Assembly (NCBI RefSeq): GCF_006345805.1
Contig: NW_021832430.1
Span: forward strand, 62,001-126,000
Reading direction: 5' to 3'
Length of the DNA: 64,000 bases
Origin: Octopus sinensis
Lineage: Eukaryota
How positions within the stretch are numbered: position 1 is the stretch's first letter; each line of letters opens with the position of its first letter. Below the pieces are notes generated by a model that worked only from the letters and a program-made list of their open reading frames with translations, ran no database searches and was not told where the DNA came from. Positions 38,571 through 49,911 of the stretch are shown here, piece after piece. Made by a program: the position numbers and the translations under genes.

Positions 38571-39056
38571 CAGGCAGTGCCTGCGACGTATCAATTAAAT
38601 GTCAGCCCTTTAATTTTCAACAGTGAAATAATGGCTTACCGTTGTTAAAACGTGTAAAGGCAATCATAATGAATAGTTTGTGAGACATTTATATCTAAAA
38701 CTAGCTTTACTTTATCTGGGTAGGTGGTTGGTCGAGTTTATTTAAATTGTGGACTGTGTGGAGCACATTTTTGAGATTTCCTGTCCATTCATTTTGTTGA
38801 CTGGTGAAAATGTGGTTTTGAATCGCCAATATATTTTTCAATAAGTAGCTGATTGATATTCAGAGTGAATTTTCTGTTTATTTTGTACTCTCTTTGACTA
38901 CTAACAAGGAACCGATGTCTATTTCCGGATGCGTTTATTTCCGGAGATGGTAAAGTGGATGTCTGTGATCGGAAAAAATAAGAGGATTTTTTTAGAAATT
39001 ATCGGTTTATTTAACATGTACATAAACTTATAATTTAAATTTCAAAATTGCTGTTA

Positions 39057-40052
39057 ATGTTGTTTGCGATTTCGACGAAACGTGTAGAAATATGTCGTGC
39101 AATGTTGAATTGTACAAGAATTGAATATTCTCCATTTCCTTATTTAATTCCTTCGGAGAACTATGCAAAGTCTCCTCGCTTCAAAGTGAAAGTACCAACA
39201 AAGAAACTCCAGAATTACGACAATTTAGGCAACTGTCAATTCCACTTATTAGTAGGGGACACCCAATCATTGGAACCAATCGACTACTCAAATAATCTTT
39301 CCATTTTTGACGAATTCAGCTTTTTCAAGAAGTACGTACTGAATTAATATGTTTAGTTTTGACGGTCCCGCCAGAAAAGTTGTACAGGCTGAATATCTCG
39401 ACTCGGTTTGCGACTTGCGATTTAGTTAGAAACAAATAAGTTCCCACCTCCTATATAAATCCATCAAGACATTTGAGGATAACCCCGGCCCCCTTAATTT
39501 GCACTTAAAAAGTACTTTCCTCACTCATCTTTAGTTGCTCGGATTACTCACCACATTCACCGCATGGTCTCCCATGTTGGCAATAATTCTAAAGTTTGTT
39601 TTCCGTTTAATTGGAAGGACTGGCGGGCTCGGGTAAACATTCACCAAGCAACTCAGAAAAGACAGAGTTACCTCACCAAGTTGTACAATCTCGATTCTGA
39701 GGGACTCCACTTTGTCTGTAACACTCTGGGCATACAGTTTGATCGTCCTCCCATTCATGTCGGCTTTTTACGCAAACAATGGCCTCTGAAAAAGCAGATC
39801 AAGGAGGCTGAAGAAGCTTCCCAGGCGATCAAGGCCTCCATGTGGGAGGAGTTCAGGAATCGAATTGACTCAGAGAAAAAGAAGTATTTCGAGCATAAAC
39901 TAAAATTTCTTCGCGAGTTACAGGAAACTGTGCGCGATTTACCTGACCAGGACTGTCTTCTTACAAAAAAAGTTGACGGAAAGATTGCCTTACTTTTTGA
40001 CTCTGGCTTTGGTCCAACCGTGTTTCCTCGGGGAACTCTACTTATTGATTGA
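39057..40052 (+). CDS. MRPS15: Mitochondrial ribosomal protein uS15m
   Basis: IARIT..IHRMVSH.....KD..AR.....QKR..YL..L...D......VC..LGI.F..PP matches the S15 fold with MRPS15-type extensions; short introns upstream. Confidence 0.7.
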
Positions 40053-40115
40053 CTTACTTTTTAACGTTGTTTTCAATATAGGGCAGAGAGATGTGTTTAA
40101 AGAAAAGGTAGCAAC

Positions 40116-40235
40116 TTTTTTAAGCCCGACAAAATGTGGTTATTTAAAATGAATTTTCAATTTAGCATACGTTTTTTAAGCCCGACAAAATGTGGTTATT
40201 TAAAATGAATTTTCAATTTAGCATACGTTTTTAAG
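40116..40235. repeat. Perfect 56-bp tandem duplication
   Basis: ttttttaagcccgacaaaatgtggttatttaaaatgaattttcaatttagcatacg at 40116 and 40172. Confidence 0.95.
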
Positions 40236-40479
40236 ATATGGGAATTCAACAAAAAGCCAAGCAGACTATTCTGATAAAAATATTTTTTTAATGGTGATTA
40301 ATTATAGTGAATTAATGATTTAATGATCAGACCCTGGACATCGTCGTCTCAGGCCGATCTTGCGGGAGGATTGAACCTTTCAGAAGGATCTCCTCGTTTG
40401 GATCGGCGATCACGGGATTAACTATAATTAACTGGCTTCCCGTATTGGTCTTTAAATAATAATAATAATAATAATAATT

Positions 40480-42420
40480 AGCTGTCTCCGCACCGATCAA
40501 AAAATATGCCTGGTCAGAGAACCACTCCCTTTACTGCACGTGTGTCCTGACTTTTCATGAGAGTTGAACATACCCAAATACTTTGTGTCCAGGAATGGAA
40601 CCAATCATCAGCTTTTTTTACGGTAATTTGGTTTATCCGGGCGCTCTGGATGACCATCATTTCGAGATAATCTGACATGTTTATCCCACAATACCGCTCT
40701 TCTTCAAATTAGTGTTCTGAAAGTTTAGCAAATTTTAATACGGCGAAGGAAAATCAAACTGGTCCAGTGGGAAAAGATGTAAAGGCTTTCTCCCGATGTA
40801 GAATGATGGCCTTCGTTAATTCGTCTCCTCTTGTTTATTAGTTTTTCTACATCTTGTATATAAAGGCCATCGGGGGAGTTTCAAATACCTGGCGAATTAT
40901 TTTGGCATGGATATGGTCGTTTATATCTTGGTTTTTCTCCTTCTGAGATGACATTTTATTGATTCCAAAGTTTTTATACATGTTGCCCAGAAAGAAATTG
41001 TGATGAATTCGTTTTTGACATGAAAGCTATTATCTGGCCTTGCAGCGCACTTGACTGTTATATTCCTTTCTCTGTGTAAACATTAGCGTTTACTTAAAAG
41101 CTGGTCGTCGAATAGAAAAATTACATTATTCATGAGTTTGTAAACTTGTGTTTAAAATATCACATCCACATGTCTTCCAGTCACAGAACCACACAATCAC
41201 GTTTCTTAGGGATCAAGTAAGTTACCAGAGTATAGAAACAGTTATCAGGATGTATTTTTCGTTAATTATTCTGACTATCTCTTTACACAGAAACCCATGC
41301 AAAGAATCCATCTTGATGAAAAAGTTATACGTACCGTCACATCCGCATGCCTGCAGTCAGGTGCATATCCAAAATTTTTACTTAACAAACAAAATAAATT
41401 AACGTTACACTCTTTAATTAAGGCCTTCACTCCTTATTGTTTGAAATTATTCTCTTCTTTTTAGGGAGAGAATTTGCTGCTAGTCCCTCGCTCTCTATCT
41501 CTCCGCCGGACAAAGTTGTACTTCAATTGACGTGTCCTGACAAATGCCAGTTCCACAAGTTAGTCGGTAGCAGAGGCGTATTCTTCACCAGATACCATCA
41601 TTCAATGTTTGTGTCTTCATCGATTTAATTACTACATGTTCTTTAAGGGCGAATATCTTTAGATCGTCAATGAAGAACAAATGATTTATAAAATAAGACA
41701 ACATATTTGGGTCCTCCTGATTAATCTGGACATTTGGAAACACGGAGTTAAGGATCCTCTCAAAAGGTTTATTACCATAACAAATAGTTTCGGGTTAATG
41801 AGTCTCCATGTAGAATTATTCGACTCCGCTTTATAGAACCAATCCTTCTTCCGTCGATATGAAGCTTCACAATCCACATTCGTACAATACTTTTCACAAA
41901 GTCTACCATGCAAACAAGTATTGATTTAATTTCGTTAATTTGGAAATTAAGCTCTTCTAAGCACTTTGTGAAATTGGAAATTTCTAATTGCTTCCTTATG
42001 GGGCTTTTCTTCCTTTTCCGACGACCACTTACATTAATATTGCCATCTATTGTTTTGACCATATTTTTCAGTCCGCTAAGACTCGTACTCTTCAAAAATT
42101 TCGTGTTGAACTTTTCAAGGATAAGATTCCAGCCACTTCTAGGTATTCTCCCCAATCTTCGTTTTGTAAAATGAACAATCTGTGACATCCATTCAATCTC
42201 GGAGACACAATTGACATCTTCGATAATGGCTGAGAGGGAGTGAAAGTTAGAGTTGGGACAGCACGACTTCCAACTGTAAAGTCACTATTTGTCCAGAGAC
42301 AACAGTGCTGTATCCACTATACTTTTTTTATTATTTGATTCTGTAAGATAGCCCATGGGATTCGATTTGTTCTTGTCGGTAAGAACGGACATGCACAAGA
42401 CCACGACAATCTTGTAAATT
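40480..42420 (-). mobile_element. Degenerate R2/R4-group non-LTR retrotransposon
   Basis: IILHGDSL.P.LFV and INHLFFIDDL RT motifs, TKYLGM, basic N-terminal region; (AAT)n at about 40455-40480. Confidence 0.6.
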
Positions 42421-42826
42421 AGACAAATCAAAAATAGAAAATAAGACAGTTCAAAAATAGATTATTCACATTTACATGTGCACCAATAATTATTAAAACG
42501 TGCAATAAAAATAATAAAGAAAACAATTATCATTTACGTCAAGATTTTAAAAAACATTAAAAATTGACACAAAACTTAGATAGCAATAAATTGGATATTG
42601 ATAAGAGAGTTAACAAAAAAACTGAATTGTTATCTTGTAAAAAAGTTTTTTTCCGACTAAGAAATTTCTTAATTTATAAAAATTTAATAGGAAAAGATTA
42701 AACTTAAATATATTTAAAATATAAAATTATTTATAAAATGGTCACAGTGTGGTGAATTACGGTCTAAATATGTAATAGTATAATCATAAACATACACTTA
42801 GCAATAATTAATAACAAGACGTCTAA

Positions 42827-43797
42827 ATGAATAGCAATATATTTCCTAATGGTAAACATTGCTTAAATGATTCCTGAGATTCTCAAGACTATTTGAAAAA
42901 CGTAATCATAACAAAACTCAAAACCGACGACCAGAAACATTTACTTGAATTCGAGTCTTATTTCTCTACTTTTATAGACTCCCAAGAGTTTGTAATTCCC
43001 GCCTAAATATTCAGGGACTCAGATACTCGGTCTTTTGACAATAGGAGAGTTTGTGAACTTTTTGAGTTGGTGGGTGCTTTTTTTGGTGTCCAAACTACCA
43101 GACAACCACCTAATCCATCACCATTTACTATCCTCGTTCAAAAAACAAAATTGACTAAACGGTCCCTTTTTTGTGATAAATGTAGCCCTGGAATAAACTT
43201 CCGGGACCATCTAAATTCGGAGACCACCTTTCAAGTTCTGCGACGAAAGAATAAGCCTGAACAAAAAAAGGTCGAAACTGTCTCCCCTCCTACCGGAAGT
43301 GATATTATGTCCCTCGAAGAGCGTCAAGAAATTTACAGCAAAGCCCGTGCTCGGATATTCAGTGATTTGGAAACGTCTGACATTCCCGAGGTGCCTGTGC
43401 CAGAATGTTTGCTGGAAGCCGAGAAGAAGGTACAAGGATCCACCACTTTTGTCCGTTGGGATGACGGACATTCAGCGGACTTGTACTACAACGATGACAG
43501 TGCTTTTGTCAGATGCACAAGACCAATGTATCCCCAGGAACCTCCAGTCATGATGAAGTAAATCAGTGTTTGTTATATTGCAGTCCTTATTTTGTCCCTT
43601 GTTCGTATCCATCCTCGTACGCTGTTCCTGATTATTATTATGGGAATGTGGGTTGGCCATACCCACCTCCAATGCACTATTATCCGCCCAACAATTTTTA
43701 TGGTGATCCCAGATATTACCTTCCGAGTAATAATCCTCAACAACCAGGAATGAGGCCTTCTACCGAGCCGAAAAATAATCGTCATAATTTATATTAA
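42827..43797 (+). CDS. R3H-SUZ protein (R3HDM/ARPP21/encore-like), compact
   Basis: R3H-like D...LLEFE..F..FI.S...VGAFFG....I.V.KT..T..P; SUZ motif SLEERQEIYSKARARIF; Pro/Tyr-rich tail via intron 43558-43583. Confidence 0.7.
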
Positions 43798-44119
43798 TTG
43801 TTAAATAAATATCTCGTTTATTTGGAATATCGATATTTGTGTCCCTATGGTAATAAGATGTTTTTCTCTTCTTTCGATATCTACTTGTTAATTAACAATT
43901 ATTGTGGGGTTAAAACGATAGGGAAATCAATAATTCAATTTTTCTGAAGTTGCAAACGCAGATTATAAAAGAATGGATAAATGAAAAGTCAATAGAAACA
44001 ATAGACTGATCATCTCAGTTTCCATATTTAAACCCAAAACTTTGATTATTGTCCGATAGGTTGAACTTTTTCGACTTTAGTGTGTGATATTTTTTAATTT
44101 TATGTCTTTAATTGAACAA

Positions 44120-44400
44120 GGGTGCACAGCGACCGAGATTTGCTTTAAGAGTTAGCTCGTTTTTTTTCGAAAAGATTCTTCTACTAATGTCAGCGAGGAG
44201 TTGAGGCGCAGCCTTGCCAACGATTTTGTAGGTTTCGAAAACAGGGGGGACTTAAAAGCGTCTGGAATACACAGCATTTTGTCTTCTTCGACTCTTTGGC
44301 CTAAACACTGACATAATTCGAGTTCCTGCAAGTCTTGGGTAGCGTCGTCTCCAAAAAAAGTCGACGGAGGTGGCATCCCTAAAAGAAAAGGTTTTCGTCC
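44120..44400 (-). mobile_element. CRE-type 3' relic
   Basis: Minus-strand VPPVFETY.IVGKAA..LLADISRRI...QISVAV. Confidence 0.6.
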
Positions 44401-44479
44401 CGTTTTGAGTTTTCTATGACAATTGGTAATTCATTTTCGTATTAATATTTAATTAATTACGATGTATTGTGTTACAACA

Positions 44480-44990
44480 ACCTCCTTCTCTTAGTGTGGG
44501 GAGATCCACGTCAACGCGGAGTACAGATTCATGGCTACTCCTTTAACAGACCTTAATAACTCGTTTCAATTTGCCTGCTTTTTAAGATTTTTTTTAATAC
44601 CAGCCTCTGGATATATGCCTTTAACTTATCCTCTACTCCGAGCGCATCCGGAGGCTTATTGAACAATTTTTATACAATTCTGTTCCAGGATAGTGACCAT
44701 TATGTGTCGTGTCATATATTCTGTTTCAAATTATTTTCATTTTGTGATGGAGCATTTTCTTTGAATTAATTACTTTCAAAATTTCTACTTTTGTTGAGTA
44801 GTAATTTTTCTTATGTTCAAAGCCATCATAAAATTGAAGTAGCATTTTTTTCGCTTTATTACTACTGATTCCAGACATCTTTCAAATTCGTTTCTCGAAA
44901 AATAAAGTCTTTCTGTGTTTGCAAGCTGCAAATAGATATGACTGTTTATAAGGATTCGAGAAATATTCGTATTAATTTGTTCAAAATCTT
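44480..44990 (-). mobile_element. R4/Dong-like 3' relic
   Basis: Reverse complement resembles 17300-17530 (gcatatatccag, gttgacgtgga). Confidence 0.5.
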
Positions 44991-45020
44991 GGATTCAATA
45001 TCAATTAGTCAAATATAATA

Positions 45021-45900
45021 CAGTCCGATCCCGCCTTGGAGCGCCAAATGTTTCAATTTGCCCCAAAATGTGGGGATATTTTAAAAAGTGAGGGTATTTT
45101 AAACATGCTTTTCTTTTTACTATTTTTTATTTTATTTCATTTCTTACAAATGGGTTAGATATGGAATTTGATTTTTAATTTTTAAGTAAATAAGAAACAT
45201 TAATATTTTATAAAAACTGAATTATGAATAATTAAAATAGTCACTAATTGTTCTTCCAATTTTCTCTTTCCTTAACTGTTGGGTTAATTTTATTTTAAAC
45301 TCATAGTAAATTTGTAGATTTTTGGAAAAATTTTGCGTAATCGACGTCATCGAAGAATTTTTAGAATGCATAAATAACTTCATTAACCTATGGATTAAAA
45401 ATTTTCAAAAACCTTTTCACTTTCTTGATTCCACAACATGTGTTACTGGAACTAACAAATAATTTCAATAAAGAAAGTTTGAAATACAACGCCACTTCGT
45501 CAAAGTTAATAGTTCATGCTCCCATTTAAAACGGTCCAACCACCCGTTTGATGCTTTAGATATGTTCAAGCAAAGTTTTCGGCGATTTTGAACGCAATAT
45601 TTTTTTGACAATGTTCCCGAAACTGGAATTGAATCATCCTTTAATTCTTGGAAAGCTGAAAAGACTAGCTTGTCTATCTCCAATAAATTAGACAAGTTCA
45701 AATTATTTTGTATTGATTGGTATGAAGGATACTTATCCTGACTTTGATCATAAAAAACAAGTAAAACTCTTTTTAAGCCGAGAAATGGTAACTAAAATAA
45801 GTAAATAATTTACTCAACATTTTTTACAATTTCACGTTGAGATAAAAAGTGTTCCGTGAAATCTTTAATAATTTTAAATTTTGTATCTTTAGTGAGAAAG
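45021..45900 (-). mobile_element. pogo/Tigger-like relic
   Basis: CENP-B HTH remnant IPVSG.L...KASNGWLDRFK; TA|CAGTC terminus at 45021; other end not found. Confidence 0.6.
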
Positions 45901-46137
45901 AAATAAACTAACGTGTTAATAAAAATAATTTGATAAAATGGTTTAAAATTAAGAAAATTAATGAAAATTATACTTATTTTTTCCCAATTCGAGGTTTCAA
46001 AATTTGCTAGGAACTATGAAAAATAGCATTTATTACTGCCATGTACCAAATGCAAGGCTGCCTCAAAAACTCCTCACAAAGTGAGAGTGGAACTGTTTTT
46101 CTCTGAATGCAGCTAAACTAGTTAGATTGTGCGAATT

Positions 46138-46260
46138 ACATCAAACTAGCATAAATCGATGACGGCGACTGAGGCATCCTGTACAAAGAGACCGTCGGGA
46201 AATACTTCCCTTCAAAAATATCGACAAACCCAACTGACATCAAACTAGCATAAATCGATG
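46138..46260 (-). other. Templated insertion of ASH2L exon sequence between 24-bp direct repeats
   Basis: 46160-46235 is the reverse complement of 54373-54449 with one G missing. acatcaaactagcataaatcgatg occurs at 46138-46161 and 46237-46260. Confidence 0.92.
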
Positions 46261-47026
46261 TCACTCAATTCGATTTAGTAATTGTATAATGAGAGTTCGT
46301 ATTCATTTACCACTTCAAACAGATATTTCCAAACTCTTGACTTTTCTTTACATTGTGAAAAATTGTTTTCATTGCTTTATTTTTTGACATTGCTTCTTCG
46401 ATCTTTTAAGACTCTAAAACCTATCGCTGTCCAGCACAACCATCCTAACATTTTGTACAAATAGATCATATTAGCCTTATACTTTTTGAGATTCTCTTTA
46501 AAAACCAACAGGATCAAAATATTTGTCGACATTTTGCACCATTTTTTAAAACGGTATCTACTTTTTTAGCAAATATTTTTACGTCACTAATAAACAACAA
46601 ATAGTTAGTTAAATATACAACAGGAGAAGAGTTACTTATACACATCTTTGGGAACTATATGTAAACTTTGACTTGACGGATTTATTAACAAAGTGAAAAA
46701 TGGGGAGAGAGTGAGTCTCCATGCGAAATTACTTTCCAGCTTAACTGTTTTAATTCTTTTATTATTCCAAATAAAAATGATTTAAATTTCTATGCAGATC
46801 AAGCACATGATATAATTCATGATTTACAGAGTCCAATGCCTCCTGACATCGATGCATGCAGCAAACAGGTTATTTCTATACTTACTGTTGAAACATTGGT
46901 TTATTAGCACCTTTGCGGTTTGACATGGGTTTTTGCTCCAGCCGATTATCCAAAATAATATTAAAAGCTTTATTTTTTACCATAAAGCATTCAAGCTATC
47001 AGTTTTTATTTTTTAATTAAAATTTA

Positions 47027-49225
47027 ATGGTTACAAGACTGAATGTATGTGTGACTACCTTAAATCAATGGGCACTAGACTTTAAAGGAAACTACGAGCG
47101 AATACGACAATGTTTGAAACAAATAAATTGATCTTAAAGCTTTTTTAAACTCAAAAGACTGTCACTATAGACTTGGACCTGACTTGGAAATTTCTGGAGC
47201 CAGTTGCTGTTCTCATTTCCGACGCCGCGAAGTCCATAAAAACTCATGGAAGATTCTTGCCAAATTAATGAGAGAATTCAGTGATTCCGAGACAGTGTAC
47301 GACGTTGGAATGTGACTATCATTTTTTATGAGCATAGGCCAATTTGTCACAAAGGGGACATTTATGTAACGAGGGCCATTTGTCATAAAGGGTGAGTTAA
47401 TTACATAAAAGTTTAGAAAATTAAAATTTCTTATTCCCAAGCCTCCCTATAAAGCCTTTGAGACGTGGTTTTCGGTGCCGAATGATGAGATTGTGGAGTT
47501 GAAAATACCCGAAGAGGCATTGAATCTCGGGGTGGATTTTTTTCATTTTTGTTAGGAATTTGTATTATTTGGACCTCAGGATTTTGCTATCAACAATATT
47601 TTATTTTCTTATACTACTAAAATAAGGTTATACATATTTTGTAATTAAATTTAGAGAAAATAAATATGTTTATATAAGTTCTGACCCGGTTGCCCTCACT
47701 AGTGAATATATCAGCCAAAAGCGGGAAGTAAATATTATAAATATAAAAATAGACTTTTCATGTCATACTGCAGGTCAATGTCATCGGGTGTGATGGGGCG
47801 GACGTTTACTACGCTGGAAATTCAAAAATAGTAGATTTGAGTGAAAATATTAACATTTCTACAAATCTATTTTCCCTAAAATTAGTGGTAACTAAACTGG
47901 TTTCTAATTCGACAGGAATCATTGACTGCAACTCTACAATTCACAAACAAAGAGGTAAAACTAGATTATCATCTATTTTAAAGGATCGGGAATTAAAAAA
48001 CAATTTAAATGTCTCCGTTCAAAATTTTAAAAAACTGTCTCCCCAAAGCAGAGTACCCCCAGTGAACAAACCGGAAATTTACTAGTAAATATATAATTAT
48101 TAGAATAGCTTTATATATTCTGCGGCCTGTTGGCTGTACGACTATCTGGTCGGGTGTGGTTTAAATGGTTTTTTTCTCGCTTTAAGTGGGGGTGCTGACA
48201 GTGCCTGTGTCTCGCTTATTATTTCTGTTTTACTACGTCATATAAAACAGGAAAATGGTTTGTAGTACAAAAATTGAAATAAGTGAGCTCTCCACTTATT
48301 GGATTCAAGACCTGCTATTTTCAATCAAAACGAAATAGTTCAGAGAATTCCCGATTGAGAGCAGAAAATATAGCAAAAGAGATTGGATCGTATTTTTGAG
48401 GTTTTTGATTAAAGGGATCATTCAATCATCGAAATCGACGACGTCGTGGATTCTGTTGTCCGTTCATTTGACTCTGAAGGAATGTCTAGGGAATCATATG
48501 AAGGTCTTCCTTTAGAGAATTTGCAGGTAATTTGATTTTGTTTGTTTTAGGCCAGAACGCGTATGATGATGTCATATTTCGCTTCTGTAGTAGGTGGGCG
48601 TTCATTGCTAGTATTGGGAACAGGAAATGCAGACGAAAGGCACAAAAGATTTGTTATTTTAGTGCTGTCGGGTATTTTACAAAGTACGACTGTTCAAGCG
48701 CGGATATCAACCCGATTGGAGATGCCGGTAAAGATAAGATCAGAAATATACTCTCATGGTATAAGGAGCATATTACTCAGACTGAACAAGGAAGGGAAGC
48801 TATTGACCAGTATTCTTTTAAAGTTTAATTTTTAAGGGTTTTACTAGCAGTGCCCAGTGCAGAACTTTCAAGCACAGTTGACGGACAGCAAAATCAGACA
48901 GATGAGGTATCGCTATTCACAATTTATTAATAGATGGATTTAGGAATGACGTATAAAGAGATTGGTGAAATCAGAACGCGGTTTTGTGATAAATTGTTTG
49001 TCGTCTTATTAATGCAGTTTAGGGAGGGAATGGATGATTTAGCAGACGCTTTTCAGGAGGTTAGTTTTTTTATATCTATAAAAGAATAAGCTAAAAAAAT
49101 TTTTCTATATGTATTCAAAAAATATGCATAAACAAGTTATACTTCCTCCATTTCTGCGCTTTTTTTCTAGTAATATTGGTCCCCGTCAACTTGTCCTGAT
49201 GAAGTACAGTTTTCCAGTTAATTAA
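47027..49225 (+). CDS. NADSYN1: NAD+ synthetase, two-domain type with degenerate glutaminase domain
   Basis: [110 protein letters not shown]; many micro-introns. Confidence 0.9.
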
Positions 49226-49384
49226 AATTAATTATTGATTTATATTTTCGATTGAATTTAATGTGTCCTCGATTTAAGTTTTTTAGGCATTCTTTCGAAC
49301 TCTTGGAAATTTTCAGGTTAAAGTAAAAGGCGCAAAAATATAATATTTTGTTTAAACCCACATTAAATTAACCATGTTGTAAAT

Positions 49385-49902
49385 CAGCGGTTCTCAAATG
49401 CGGCCCCCATGAATTTTTTTGCGGCCCCTCTAGAGTAACTAACTTTTTTAATTTTTTAATAATGTTTAAATTTAATTATTTATTCTTAAGGTTAAACATA
49501 TCCATAATTGGTGATTTCATAATCAATTTGAAGCACGTTTTGGGGTACATTTATAAAATTTAATTTTTAGAATTTTAAAGAATTCCTTCCTTTAATGAAA
49601 ATATTCACAACTCCATTCAGCGTGGAATTAGGATGCGCCTGCAAAGTTTCAACTAGAACTCATTAATTTACAACATGATATAGAACTGGCGGCATTGTTC
49701 AAAATGCGTCCATTATTAATTTTTACGAATTAATTCTCAAGACAATTCAAAAATATAACACACAATGCATTATGAATCTACTATTTATGCGAATCAATAT
49801 TTAGTAAAATGGAGATATAAAAATATATAAAATATTTTTTGTGCGGCCCGCGAAGCTAATCTTAATTATCGATTTGGCCCTTGAGCTAAAAGGTGAGAAC
49901 CC
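49385..49902. mobile_element. Non-autonomous hAT/Charlie-like element (MITE)
   Basis: Left end CAGCGGTTCTCA, right end TGAGAACCC; subterminal GCGGCCC repeats; degenerate TSD TTGTAA(A)T. Confidence 0.65.
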
Positions 49903-49911
49903 TTTGTAATG

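Noticed and set aside
38918-38950. Tandem TATTTCCGGA (ETS/GABP-like) sites upstream of MRPS15
   Set aside because: Short imperfect motifs with no conservation data; cannot be told from chance.
46138-46260. CRISPR-like repeat-spacer-repeat with a self-targeting spacer
   Set aside because: Eukaryotic context, only two repeats, a 75-nt spacer and no cas genes; a target-site duplication explains it better.
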